Positions 1 through 10,458 of a stretch of DNA of 64,000 nucleotides are shown one piece after another. Source of the stretch: Schizochytrium sp. TIO01 (taxonomy: Eukaryota > Protista > Bigyra: Labyrinthulomycetes). Location of the stretch: positions 429,648 to 493,647 of the forward strand of contig SMSO01000014.1 of assembly GCA_004764695.1 (NCBI GenBank), in the 5' to 3' direction. Numbering within the stretch: position 1 is the stretch's first letter; each line of letters starts with the position of its first letter. The position numbers and the translations under genes are program-made. The notes below the pieces were generated by a model that worked only from the letters and a program-made list of their open reading frames with translations, was not told the origin of the DNA and searched no databases.

Positions 1-331
1 ATGATTTGCGCTCCCGCGCTGACCTTTGGACCACCCTCAGGCTTTTGTTAACCTTCATAACCTTTTGAATTTTCTCTTTGAGGTTATGTTTTGCGTACGG
101 TGCTTTTGACGTGCCTTCATTGCCAGCGTCTGTTTCAACATCTGCGTGATGTCTGCTATTCTTCGCTGAGCGTCGCTTTGACGCAAGTTTCTTGAACCAA
201 GCCGAGTTTTCTACAGAGACTCTCACTTCACGAAGCACGCCTACGACAAGGCACAACACCAGGAAACCAAGAAGGCCCAGCAAGGCTTTGCCAAGCCCGC
301 CGAGCACCACGTCCACGTACGAGACGCCCAT
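1..331 (-). CDS. Partial CDS running off the window edge; hypothetical protein with N-terminal transmembrane/signal anchor
   Basis: Not in the ORF track. Manual translation from ATG at 331 gives MGVSYVDVVLGGLGKALLGLLGFLVLCLVVGVLREVRVS..., open with no stop to position 1. Confidence 0.6.
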   Translation of the reverse strand, partial: MGVSYVDVVLGGLGKALLGLLGFLVLCLVVGVLREVRVSVENSAWFKKLASKRRSAKNSRHHADVETDAGNEGTSKAPYAKHNLKEKIQKVMKVNKSLRVVQRSARERKS

Positions 332-1974
332 CTCAGGGCCGTCTAAGCCCTAGCTTGCCGCCAATTTGATTTGCTTTTGCCAATTTGATCGCAGTTTTTG
401 TCCTGCTCTTTTGTTATCTATGATTTTGTTACTTATTTTTTACTAGGTCATAATCATTTACAATAGTTATTTGTTATACTAGTGAAATATCAATTTCTAT
501 TGCACTTAGAAGTCAGTGGATGTATTAGCCTGTGCACATAAGCCATTGCCATTGCTTTGCTTCTCAACAGTTGCAGGGCAATTCCTTCGCTGCCACAAGA
601 TCGCTTGACCAGACTGTCTCTCTCTTCGTCCTTCCATGTCCTTTTCAAGTCTCATTCTTTGCAACTCAAGTTCTTCCCCATATTGTGTGACATTGTCAAG
701 AGTAGGTATACCTAACATATATGTGCATACTTTAGTGTGCTTGTTGGGGATTGAAACGCCGCCTTCATTCGGACACGTTTTTGCAAGAAGCTGCTAGAAG
801 CTAGGGAAGAGGGTGCAGCTGAGCAAAATTTGACGTGGTAGTACTCTGTATTTTGTCTAGTCAAAGTGGTGTATAACCCTTTTGTTTGGTCTGGTAGGGG
901 GTTATCAGACTACCTGGCAGATTCGTTCAATTTTGACTTTCCTTTCTTTTTGTTTCTTGACAGGTGTGAAAGAACGTTCTTACAGCATTGCCAAATCGAA
1001 ATGCCGCAGAGTAATTATTGTTGTGCTGTCCTCGTCATCGATTTAAGAAAAAGATTATGGATTGACTGCAAAGAATGAATGACTAGACACTGCGTATGCT
1101 TTTCCTATTGTCATCAGAACTTAAATGGCGTGGGACAAAAACGTAAAGGAAAAGCTGGGAGTGGGGATTTCGAACAACGACATATTGCCAAGTTCCGTTT
1201 GGCTGTCGGAGTGTCGAAGTGAACCTGGATATAAGATGCTTTGGTTAATTTGGTATCCAACGTTTATATTCAAAATGTAAACGCTGTTCAGATGTGGGGC
1301 CGGAAAAATATTGTAGTTTTTAAAACAATCGCAAACTTACTGATTAAACACGGATCGCAATAGTTGATGCAAATTACGCATACACACAGTCTCCCGTACG
1401 ATAGATATCTCAAAGAGATTCTATGAGATATCACTGTAAATGCCTGCCACCATGTCTTCGTTTCATGAAAGTATAAAGTAAGAAGCTAGTAGTACCACGC
1501 TTATATTTAATTGACTTTTTTAAAGGGTCTAACTTAACGATCCGTTAAACCAGATTCCTAAAATGAGGCAGCAGTACACACCCAGCTGTTGAAGAAAGAA
1601 GGAAAAAGATGCTGTTGAAGTTCCTGTTAGAACACCGGTGGAGCTCGCAATATTACGCTAGACATATATGTAAATAAAAAATTTAAAAAATAGAACTTGT
1701 GTAATAACTAGAGACTGTTGGAGGCTGTCATGTATTTGTGATTTTCTTCATCAACCAAGGAGTAGCAAAGCAAAGCAAGCTTGTTAGCAATTGTTAAGAC
1801 GACAAACGAGAGCTACGTTGGCGAGGCATGCAACGTGGTTAAATAGGTCGCCCTTCAAAACCTCACACGACTCGGCCTTGCCATCACCTCAAGGTAACCC
1901 AATTTCGTAATCTTTCTTGATAACAGAGATTTAATTTCTGCAAGGTTCTTAAAGTGGTGGAGCCTAGCATTGTG

Positions 1975-3597
1975 ATGGCGGATCTCTCGGCTCCCCCCGG
2001 GCGAGGGAAGAACCCGACCAATAGGACAGATGATATTGATGGAGCACAACCGAGATCCAAGTTTGTGTACTCAAATCCAGATTGGAAAGAAGAAATTGAA
2101 GGCTCGCGACCACAGCCTTCTAAGCACCATAAATTTCTCAATAAGCCAGACTCTTTCCAGGTTCGCGACATTGAAGGCGCGAAAGCGAAAAAGAGTCATT
2201 TTCGAACTACGCGTTGCGTAAATCCACTACATCCTGAATATGAACTTCCATCTAGCGAACCTATTGTCTATGAAGAGCCGCGTTTTATTCGGGATTCCTT
2301 TGACGTTTCTGACATCGAAGGCACAAAGACCAGAGTTGCGCGAGAATATGAAACCAGAAATAGCTATGATGTGTCAGACATTGAGGGCACTTCGGCATCT
2401 TGGGCACCTTGGCATAAAATAATGATCCAAAAAGTGCGTGCAAAATACGGGTCAAACAAGATTGATCCCTTACATGTGCGGGACATTACTGAGCAAGGTT
2501 TCAAGTCTCGTCGCAGCGTTGATCCACAAAGGCCTGTATACTTTATTCATGGGAACGAAATTAGAGACTGTGCGCGAGGCACAGCCCCTAGAAAATTGTT
2601 TAAACAATCTGACAACCCGTTCTTCTCATTGCACACGAAAGATATTCACGGTGCCGATGGGGGCTCTGCGAGTGTGTTTCGGAGACTTCGCGTGCATGAG
2701 CGTACTATATTCCGTGATACAAACAAGGTTTCGGATATTTCTGGTGCTACCACGGGTACCTTGCGTCGTGGTCTTCGGTCCAAACGGCAAACGGATCCAC
2801 TGCAACCTAATTATCGGTTCCTTCATGGGGCACACACGCCAACGCCCCCAGAGGACTATGATGATGGTTCTTCTGCTCAAAGTTTTTCATCTTCGCGATC
2901 ACTTAAGAAAAGCACGAGTAAACTATCCATGTCTCATGCAAGCAGTATGAATGCACCGAATGCCGACCTACGAAGCGAAGACGACACTGGTGGTAGTCGC
3001 TCCGCTTATGCAACTCTTTCAAGCCAGAGATCTTCATTTGGACTTCATGATAACGATGATCGTAAAAAAGTCAACTTTTCCCAGCCAGGTTCTGTACCAC
3101 ATGGCAAACAGGCTTCGTACCAAGAAACACATACGTCTCACAATAATAATGGAAATAACAATGAACATGAGCAGCAGGAAGAAAGAAAGGGAGACAGTCC
3201 AACATTTTCTTATCGTAGTTTTCAGTCTACAAATGGGCACGAAAATAATTGCTATGACCAGGACGGACACCAAACTCCCCCAAGCAATGCATCAACTTCT
3301 TCTTCTCGGCCAAAATCTGCAAAGCATTCTCAGAAGGATATCTCAGGTCGAGGTTCCAAAGGGTCATCAAGACGATCTTCTGCACGGGGCAGCGAGAATC
3401 CTTTGTCGGCTCGATCAGCTCCTAGTTCAAGACAGAACAGCTCCAAACCACCACCCATTCCTTTGCACAAAATAAAGAAGCAGAGAAATTCTATCTCGCG
3501 AAAATCGAGCGCTTCATTGCAGTCCCGTCATCAACTTGGGCGACAGGCTGATATCGATTCAGTGCGAGACCTTCCTGAATTTGACGAAGACATATAA
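1975..3597 (+). CDS. Uncharacterised repeat protein (DIxGA/T and N/DPLxPxY repeats) with Ser-rich disordered tail; possibly cilium/cytoskeleton-associated
   Basis: 547-codon ORF (track start GTG 1954, first ATG 1975). Repeats DIDGAQP, EIEGSRP, DIEGAKA, DIEGTKT, DIEGTSA, DIHGADG, DISGATT and NPLHPEY, DPQRPVY, DPLQPNY. A possible short upstream intron (GT 1894..AG 1944) makes the 5' end uncertain. Confidence 0.75.
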   Translation: MADLSAPPGRGKNPTNRTDDIDGAQPRSKFVYSNPDWKEEIEGSRPQPSKHHKFLNKPDSFQVRDIEGAKAKKSHFRTTRCVNPLHPEYELPSSEPIVYEEPRFIRDSFDVSDIEGTKTRVAREYETRNSYDVSDIEGTSASWAPWHKIMIQKVRAKYGSNKIDPLHVRDITEQGFKSRRSVDPQRPVYFIHGNEIRDCARGTAPRKLFKQSDNPFFSLHTKDIHGADGGSASVFRRLRVHERTIFRDTNKVSDISGATTGTLRRGLRSKRQTDPLQPNYRFLHGAHTPTPPEDYDDGSSAQSFSSSRSLKKSTSKLSMSHASSMNAPNADLRSEDDTGGSRSAYATLSSQRSSFGLHDNDDRKKVNFSQPGSVPHGKQASYQETHTSHNNNGNNNEHEQQEERKGDSPTFSYRSFQSTNGHENNCYDQDGHQTPPSNASTSSSRPKSAKHSQKDISGRGSKGSSRRSSARGSENPLSARSAPSSRQNSSKPPPIPLHKIKKQRNSISRKSSASLQSRHQLGRQADIDSVRDLPEFDEDI

Positions 3598-3853
3598 AAT
3601 TGAATTTTCACCTTCCCTCCTTTGTTTGTTAAGAGAAAACAATATTCTATCTTTAGTTCCAAAGCACGAGCATTCTGTATGCTTTGCAACAGTTCATGAG
3701 GTCTGGCCCGTAGAGCAAAAGCAATCCTGAGGTTCACTTTGACTCCAGCATATTACTTCAGGATAAGCGCAAGAAAACAACTGCATAATATTTCTGTCAT
3801 GAGACACTACAATGCTATATCTTAGTGTTTGATTATTGTGTACATACATAATT

Positions 3854-6800
3854 TCAAAATTGTTCTATCTCATCTGAGGAGGCGGGCAAAGAGGCAGAGC
3901 GGGCACGAGCACGACGCCTGTAACGCTTGACCTCTGAGAATATTGTCAAAAGGATGGCCGAGGAAAGACTGAAGCTAAAATACACTTTGAGCGAAAACTT
4001 GGCGAAAAGGGGTTGATCAAATAGCTTGTGGAAGTCAGTCGAATTCCAGTAACCAAAGACCCACCAGCGAATGATCACAAGAGTGAGAAAAAATATCACA
4101 AGTGTACTACAACACCCACTCAAGTTCTCGTCGCGATAACTGAAATAGTTTAACATAAAGTTGCGACTGGCCGCATTTTCTTTGGCTGCGTTGCTAGGAA
4201 TTGAATCCCATACTGTGAATGCTTCCATAAAATACCGAGCAGGTGACATTGAGCACTGCATCTGGATAAAACGTTTGGCATCGTACTCGTCAAGGAGCAA
4301 TGAATCAAGGTCGATTTGACGTTTGTTCGGTGTGTACATGGCAAATACGTGTGTCCACAGTAAATAACCAATCACTAAAACACAGCTTGATTGAAAGTGG
4401 TGTCCACTTAGCACGCACAAAAGTGCTGCTGCCGCCCAACTTGCAATGTGACCAACAAGCACGAGGTAGGTCATTTCAATATGCCGCCGCAAACGGAACA
4501 GTCTAAAGTCGCCTGTTCGAATGAGGAGCGTGATATGAAACATTAAAGCAAAAATATTTGCTGTGAAGAAAGCTTTGAAGACATTGAAAGCCACCATGGC
4601 GTTGTGGTGCGCGCCAAGAACCATACCGGCTTGAGCGGCACGCTTTATAGGAGGCACGTTATCCTGAAAAACAGCCGAGAACGCAGCTAAGGCAGCAACA
4701 CCTACAGACACGAAAAATGCTGCTAGAGCTCGCGCATCCCACGAACCGCTGTATGACCGCACCCACGCGCACACCATGGCCGTAATTAGTGTACTCATAA
4801 CCTCAATAACAAACCCCTGACGTACGGCTGTGCGAGCCAAAACATCAACCCAAAGATATGCCTGCCGGACGAGGCCCGGTTTAGGAACCCGTGGATAGTT
4901 ATGTAAGATGTACTCGCGCTTGCAAATTCGCTTCCTCACAGCACCAAATTGCTCACAGTCTTCTTGACTCGTAACCTGCATTGCTGGGGAAGATCTTCCG
5001 TAAAAAGCAGTCGACTCGTCACTTTCCACCAAAGAACGCCAAATCATTGGCAAAGTAGGTCTATCACCACACCGAGTTTCATCCTTACCCTTTCCCTCCG
5101 TACTCATATAGTCAAAACTAACAGAATAGTCGTGCCAGCTCTTGTTGCTTGCATCTAGCTTAAAGCGATCTGCGACCATATCTGCATATGGGCACATATT
5201 GGGAGGATAAGGCACACTTCCAGCGAGGACATCTAGTAAATATTCCGGAGTTGTCATTCTTGTTTCCTCCGCACGCGGTGCTACATCGAATCCCATCACC
5301 GAAAAGGCACGCACGACATCTTTGCGAGGTCCAACATATACTGCCTGCCCTTGCTGCAAAAGAACAAGGTTATCCAGCAGCTCAAAGACACGGGTGGAGG
5401 GAACATGCAGAACGATGACGATGGAAACGCCCTTTTTGTCAACAATCTTTCGTAAACGGCGGGCTAGCTTAAATGCAGCAGCTCCATCCAGGCCACTCGT
5501 GGGTTCGTCCATGACAAGAACACTGGGATTTGTAATTAGTTCTAGACCAATGCTCACACGTTTCTTCTCTCCTCCGCTCAAGCCACGATTCACAAGCCCG
5601 CCAATCCGTTCATGCCGGATGTGATGTAAATCGAGCAGCGACAAGGTTTCCTCAAGTGCTTCCTTGCGTTGAGCTTCAGTATAATACCATGGAAGGCGCC
5701 AGGATGCACTATGAAGAAGGCTTTCTTCCACAGTGAGTTCTTCCATGAGAGCATCCTTTTGTGGAACATAACCTACACGGTCGAGGATAACATTCAGAGA
5801 TTGCCGTTCACCGTTCAGATACACATCACCTAAGGCTCGATCACAGAGTCGATCACCACGCCCTAAAAGTTGATAGGCTAACGTCGATTTGCCTGCCCCT
5901 GACGGGCCCAGAACGCCTGTAATTTGTCCTGCGGGAAGGTGTCCAGTGATATTGTGCAGAATTGGATAGAGGTGGTCTGACACTTGGCATCCTACTCGGT
6001 CAAACGAAATCTCAATAGGAAGCACAATGTTATCTTCGTACATGGCTGTATGAATATCCTGCGTTGGGTCGCGAGGCCCAAAGAGGAATTCGTCTTCAGT
6101 TACGGTACAAATAAAACAGGCCAACGCTGTTCCCATAACGAGCGCCAGAACAACGTGGGGTCGTGGGAAGATCCCAACATGGCCTTTAGGCCCAAAAAAC
6201 TCCTGCATTACAGAAAGACGTGCATTCTTCTCTGTGGATCTGTTTCGAACGGAGTTCACCATAGAGTTACGCACATAAGATACTGGGAAAATAAGAAAAT
6301 CCACAAAGAGGACGAGCAGAAACCATAAGAGCAGAACTACCAATCGTAAAATACAAGCGACCACGCGGTAGCCCAAGTGATAAATATACAAAGTCCATGA
6401 GCGCGATATATCTTCTCCGTTCGCACCGTTGTGAAGCGGATCTGTGCACTCGTCCTGTGATCTGTCCATATCATCATCACTCTCGTATATTTCATCGTCC
6501 CCCCAGTCATCGTCTACCACACTGCTGATATCATCTTTTGCATTTCGTGATTCGGGTTGAATAGGAGGGGCCTGGGCAGAATGCCCCGCACGAAGAGCCT
6601 CTAGCTGGGCCAATAGTTCTGCGCGCTCTCGTTCAAGCTGTTCGCGGATGGCAATTTCTTCTGCCGATGGTTCTTCATCATCGTCTAAATCATCGTCCCA
6701 TTCATCTTCCTCATCAATTTCGTCTTGGTGTCCGTCTTTGTCAAAGTCCCCTTCTGCGTCACTTTCATCAGAGTGGTTCTCGCTTTCACCAGCAGAGTCT

Positions 6801-6895
6801 ACAAAATAGGCGCCTTCCTCGCCATCCTCATCTGCAGAATCTCTAGAGCTACCTCGCCTCACGTCGCGAAGATCATCTCGTGAGTACGAGGACAT
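3854..6895 (-). CDS. ABCG (White-family) half transporter with long acidic N-terminal extension and extra N-terminal TM segments
   Basis: Walker A GPSGAGKS, Q-loop YVPQKD, signature LSGGEKKRVSIG, Walker B VLVMDEPTSGLD, H-loop, C-terminal multi-TM domain (NBD-TMD order). Confidence 0.92.
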   Translation of the reverse strand: MSSYSRDDLRDVRRGSSRDSADEDGEEGAYFVDSAGESENHSDESDAEGDFDKDGHQDEIDEEDEWDDDLDDDEEPSAEEIAIREQLERERAELLAQLEALRAGHSAQAPPIQPESRNAKDDISSVVDDDWGDDEIYESDDDMDRSQDECTDPLHNGANGEDISRSWTLYIYHLGYRVVACILRLVVLLLWFLLVLFVDFLIFPVSYVRNSMVNSVRNRSTEKNARLSVMQEFFGPKGHVGIFPRPHVVLALVMGTALACFICTVTEDEFLFGPRDPTQDIHTAMYEDNIVLPIEISFDRVGCQVSDHLYPILHNITGHLPAGQITGVLGPSGAGKSTLAYQLLGRGDRLCDRALGDVYLNGERQSLNVILDRVGYVPQKDALMEELTVEESLLHSASWRLPWYYTEAQRKEALEETLSLLDLHHIRHERIGGLVNRGLSGGEKKRVSIGLELITNPSVLVMDEPTSGLDGAAAFKLARRLRKIVDKKGVSIVIVLHVPSTRVFELLDNLVLLQQGQAVYVGPRKDVVRAFSVMGFDVAPRAEETRMTTPEYLLDVLAGSVPYPPNMCPYADMVADRFKLDASNKSWHDYSVSFDYMSTEGKGKDETRCGDRPTLPMIWRSLVESDESTAFYGRSSPAMQVTSQEDCEQFGAVRKRICKREYILHNYPRVPKPGLVRQAYLWVDVLARTAVRQGFVIEVMSTLITAMVCAWVRSYSGSWDARALAAFFVSVGVAALAAFSAVFQDNVPPIKRAAQAGMVLGAHHNAMVAFNVFKAFFTANIFALMFHITLLIRTGDFRLFRLRRHIEMTYLVLVGHIASWAAAALLCVLSGHHFQSSCVLVIGYLLWTHVFAMYTPNKRQIDLDSLLLDEYDAKRFIQMQCSMSPARYFMEAFTVWDSIPSNAAKENAASRNFMLNYFSYRDENLSGCCSTLVIFFLTLVIIRWWVFGYWNSTDFHKLFDQPLFAKFSLKVYFSFSLSSAILLTIFSEVKRYRRRARARSASLPASSDEIEQF

Positions 6896-8683
6896 CTTGA
6901 GGTACCTCGAGCTCTGTTTCCTCGGTCTCCAGCCTAGTGGATGCGAAGTTTAGAATGAATAAGATTGCCAAGGTGCCGTGCGAAATATGATGGATGATGA
7001 TAGGCCCATCTTGTTGGCGATTATTCTTCATCTATACACATATATGTATATGTATATGTATATATAAATTTTCTTAAAAATATATATAGTACAGGGCTAG
7101 GAATAGCATATGCACTACTAGTACGTAGGGGGGACACCTTGCCCACTGCTATTATTGTAACATTTTCTGAAACAATAGCGAGCATTGCCATCCATGATAA
7201 ACATGTAGAAGACAACGATATAAATTCGGCACGCTTGCTGGACATCGCATTAGCTTTAAACTGGGATGCTTTGGCTTACAATCTTGCCTTTAAGCTTCAC
7301 TTGACCGGTGGAAGGCTTGCATGTAGTGAACCGTTCTAACTTATCAGTCAACAATTTATTGAACAAATCAAAGTTATTCCCAGACCTAATATCTGAGGAG
7401 TGAGCTTATCCTGCAAAGCGTGCTCTTGCATCCCTGAAATCAGAATCCTACTCTGGCCAGAAGTAATTTCGCATGTCTAATCCGAAGCTGTTCTTTAGCC
7501 GTTTATATGTAAACCAAAGTCCGGGCTATCTGGGCATCTTGAGCTTAAACCGGGTGGCCCGTCCGTATTTGCTCGCTTTATATAAGACCATGGCTTGATT
7601 GGAAACGCCATGGTGCCAGAACAAAAATACTGTTATGCTATGGGAGTCATCTGTCTCGGACCTCTAGGTGAGTCAATTGGTCATCAATCCCACGCAGAGT
7701 GGCCAAACCTCACTTCCCTTTTCTGAGCTTCTCTATCTCTTCCTGGGAGGTCCAAATACAACCTTTCCTCCATCTGACTTGGAACAATCCTTTAAATGTC
7801 TACTCCTAATCCCACATTTCGAGAGCTCAAGCAGAGCTTGGTCTCGTTTTTGAGGAATCCAATTCACAAAGCCTGTAAAAGCTTGACATGTAATACTATG
7901 CCGTACCCACCCTCTAGGAGCTAAGATGCCACCCTTAGCTTTCTGCCTAAATAGCCTCTACCCACCTCGTGCCAAGTCCTACTTGCTTCGTTACAGGAAA
8001 AAACCGTTCCCATTTCGCGAGATTATCTCGCAGGTTCTCTCTTTAGCTGCGCGGGGTGGCATATAAACTACAGCAGCATGCCACCAAGCTCGCTATTTCT
8101 GGCTTCTAGCAGGCTTATGAGCAGTCTTGAGCTTTGCTGGCGCACGCTATTTTTATCTCAAGCCAATAGTATATCAAAGCCCTTTCCTTTCTGCTCTTCA
8201 CTCTACGAGTATCACTGAAAAAAAAAATAAAATAAAAAAATATATATATCGGTGCATAATAGTACATTATGAACTACTTCAAAGTAACTCTTTTCTTTTA
8301 TGTTTATAATAATGGATCCTCTTATTATCCTTATGCATAAGTGGCGTCTAGCCACCTTTTCTTGATTTTTTATTAAAAGTCCTTCTTTTCAATTACCAAT
8401 ATTATGGGTTCTGGGAAACCATTTCACAGACTTTAAACGTCAACTCAAGGTTTGTTTATCATCGATAAATCCAAGGACTTTCTCGAGCGTGACTCTGGCA
8501 GAGCGAATACAACAGAGACAAGGATCTCTCTCGTGCTCCCAGCACTGCCTTCGACAAAGCTAGCTACCTGGCAGGTACCCTTCAAGGGAAACAAGGGACC
8601 TTCTACACTCTTCATTCTTATTAATTCCAGGTTGCTAATCAATACTATTAATTGGTGTCTATTCATAGATATATTCATTGAAT

Positions 8684-8807
8684 TAAAGTAAACTAAAGTA
8701 AACTAAAGTAAACTAAAGTAAACTAAAGTAAACTAAAGTAAACTAAAGTAAACTAAAGTAAACTAAAGTAAACTAAAGTAAACTAAAGCAAACTAAAGCA
8801 AACTAAA
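8684..8807. repeat. 10-bp tandem repeat (AACTAAAGTA)n, about 12 copies
   Basis: Directly visible; the last units vary to AACTAAAGCA. Confidence 0.97.
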
Positions 8808-9780
8808 TAGTACATATTGCTTCTATTACTACTACCAACATTCATACACTATCGCCAGCAGCCACTCCTACTACCCTTCTACCCTTTACCATACCCCTCC
8901 CTCAGCTGCTAAGCCGCTACCTGTCCCGTCATCACATCCAACGTCCGATGCAATCCGCCACAAGCTCTCTCCCCCTATCCCAAAATCCGCCAGACCATTT
9001 CGCTCCAGCTCCGCCGTCGCCCAACATGCGCCTCTGAGCTCTTAGAAGCGGCACCTCACGAGTCCTCGGCCCCTTCTGAGCCTCCCTCGCGCCGCTTTCG
9101 CCTCTTCCGAGCCTTTCTCCTACGCCGCCTGGGCCCGCTTTCCTCGGCTCCACGCCTTTCCCCGCGTTCCCACGGCTTACCGGCACCAACCCGTTGCCGT
9201 GACCGCGGGGCACCTGGGTGACGGTGACTTGGGGGGCCCCGGGGCCACCCGTCCTGCGAGCGAGGCAGCTCCGTTGCCAGCAAAACCGCAACTCAACGCG
9301 AGCCGTGCCGTAGAAAGAGGTCGGTGCGCACTCCGAGACTGCGGGGCCGGAAGGGGTGCAGCCGAGAGAAGGAAATCCCGCAGCTACCGCAGCGGACCCT
9401 TCCTGGGAGGGGACGGGTGGTAGACGTCAGTCGCGCGAGGTGTCCAGGCTGTAGAGGGCGCAGCCTAACCCCCTAGGGGTCACGTGTGGAGTATCCGTAA
9501 GGTAGGAAGAGGGAACCGCCTCCGTGCGCCGTGACAAAAAGGGGTCAGGGTGGAATTTGGAGGTAGAGGCAGGGGAGCTGAGAGGGGAATTCTGAGAGGC
9601 TGTGGGAAAGAGGCGCGCGAAAAGAAAGCGAAGTGAGGAGATAGAAGAGGCCGCCTGAAGAGGACTCCGACATCTACGTGGAAAGGACGCCGAGATTGGT
9701 CTCGCTTTGTAGGAGGTCCTTGGGAACTCTGGCCAGGCAGGCGCTGACAAAGGCAAAACCAAGTTGGAGAAGCCTTGTGG
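8684..9780 (-). mobile_element. Possible 5'-truncated non-LTR retroelement remnant: GC-rich body ending in a tandem-repeat tail
   Basis: Abruptly GC-rich block (~8930-9780) with only broken reading frames. On the minus strand it is followed by a purine-rich segment and a (TTTACTTTAG)n tail. No RT or endonuclease motif recognised. Confidence 0.3.
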
Positions 9781-10458
9781 AGCTAGCTGTTCGATTGAAG
9801 CTTGAGGGAATTAATTGCACTCACCTCAAGCGGACTGGCAGCGGATAACCTGCCAGAGAGGAGAAACTGAAGAAGTCGACGAAGCTGTGAAATTTTGCTC
9901 AGGGTTCCTCGCTCTTGATTTCGTAAAGGAACATATACTTCACTTTGACGTGCCAAAGGGTTAACGCTGTTCTTGGTCTCTGCGCTAAAGCTGCTGCCGA
10001 GGGTGCGAAACTTTCTGGTTTTCTTTTGGCTTGTTGCGCTTTGGTTGATTGATTCATTGATTGATTATTTGTTCGTTCGTTGTATTATCACCGTTGCTGG
10101 GTTTGGACCTGCTTCGTTGTCTGAAATTGACTTTGTAGTTGCTGCTGCTACTGTTGCTTCTGTTGGAGAAGCGGGTCACAGCGGGATTTGTGAAACTACA
10201 ATTCGACTAGGCTCAGGAAAGGACTTTTAAATTTTGAACGTGCATAGGTAACCGCGATGCGGGTGTACTGGTGAAGGAAGAATTGAAGCAGCGATACCAA
10301 TCTTTATTTCTTCTGGAGGTGCATTCTGAAACGAAGCGCCAGAGCGAACGTAATCAGGAATACAATATATATCACAAAGAGAGAGCGCGAGAGAAAGAAA
10401 ACAACATTGCTGTTTTAGCAGAGAAACACTTTTTTTAAAGCACATACCACAAGTTAAG

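Noticed and set aside
7280-7560. Stop-interrupted minus-strand frame containing TYKRLK...YFWP, reminiscent of a retroelement integrase zinc-finger region
   Set aside because: His/Cys ligands and spacing do not fit, and there is no adjacent RT or integrase core.
8684-8807. Tandem repeat as CRISPR array or telomere
   Set aside because: No spacers, 10-bp unit, eukaryotic context, internal position and not a G-rich telomeric motif.
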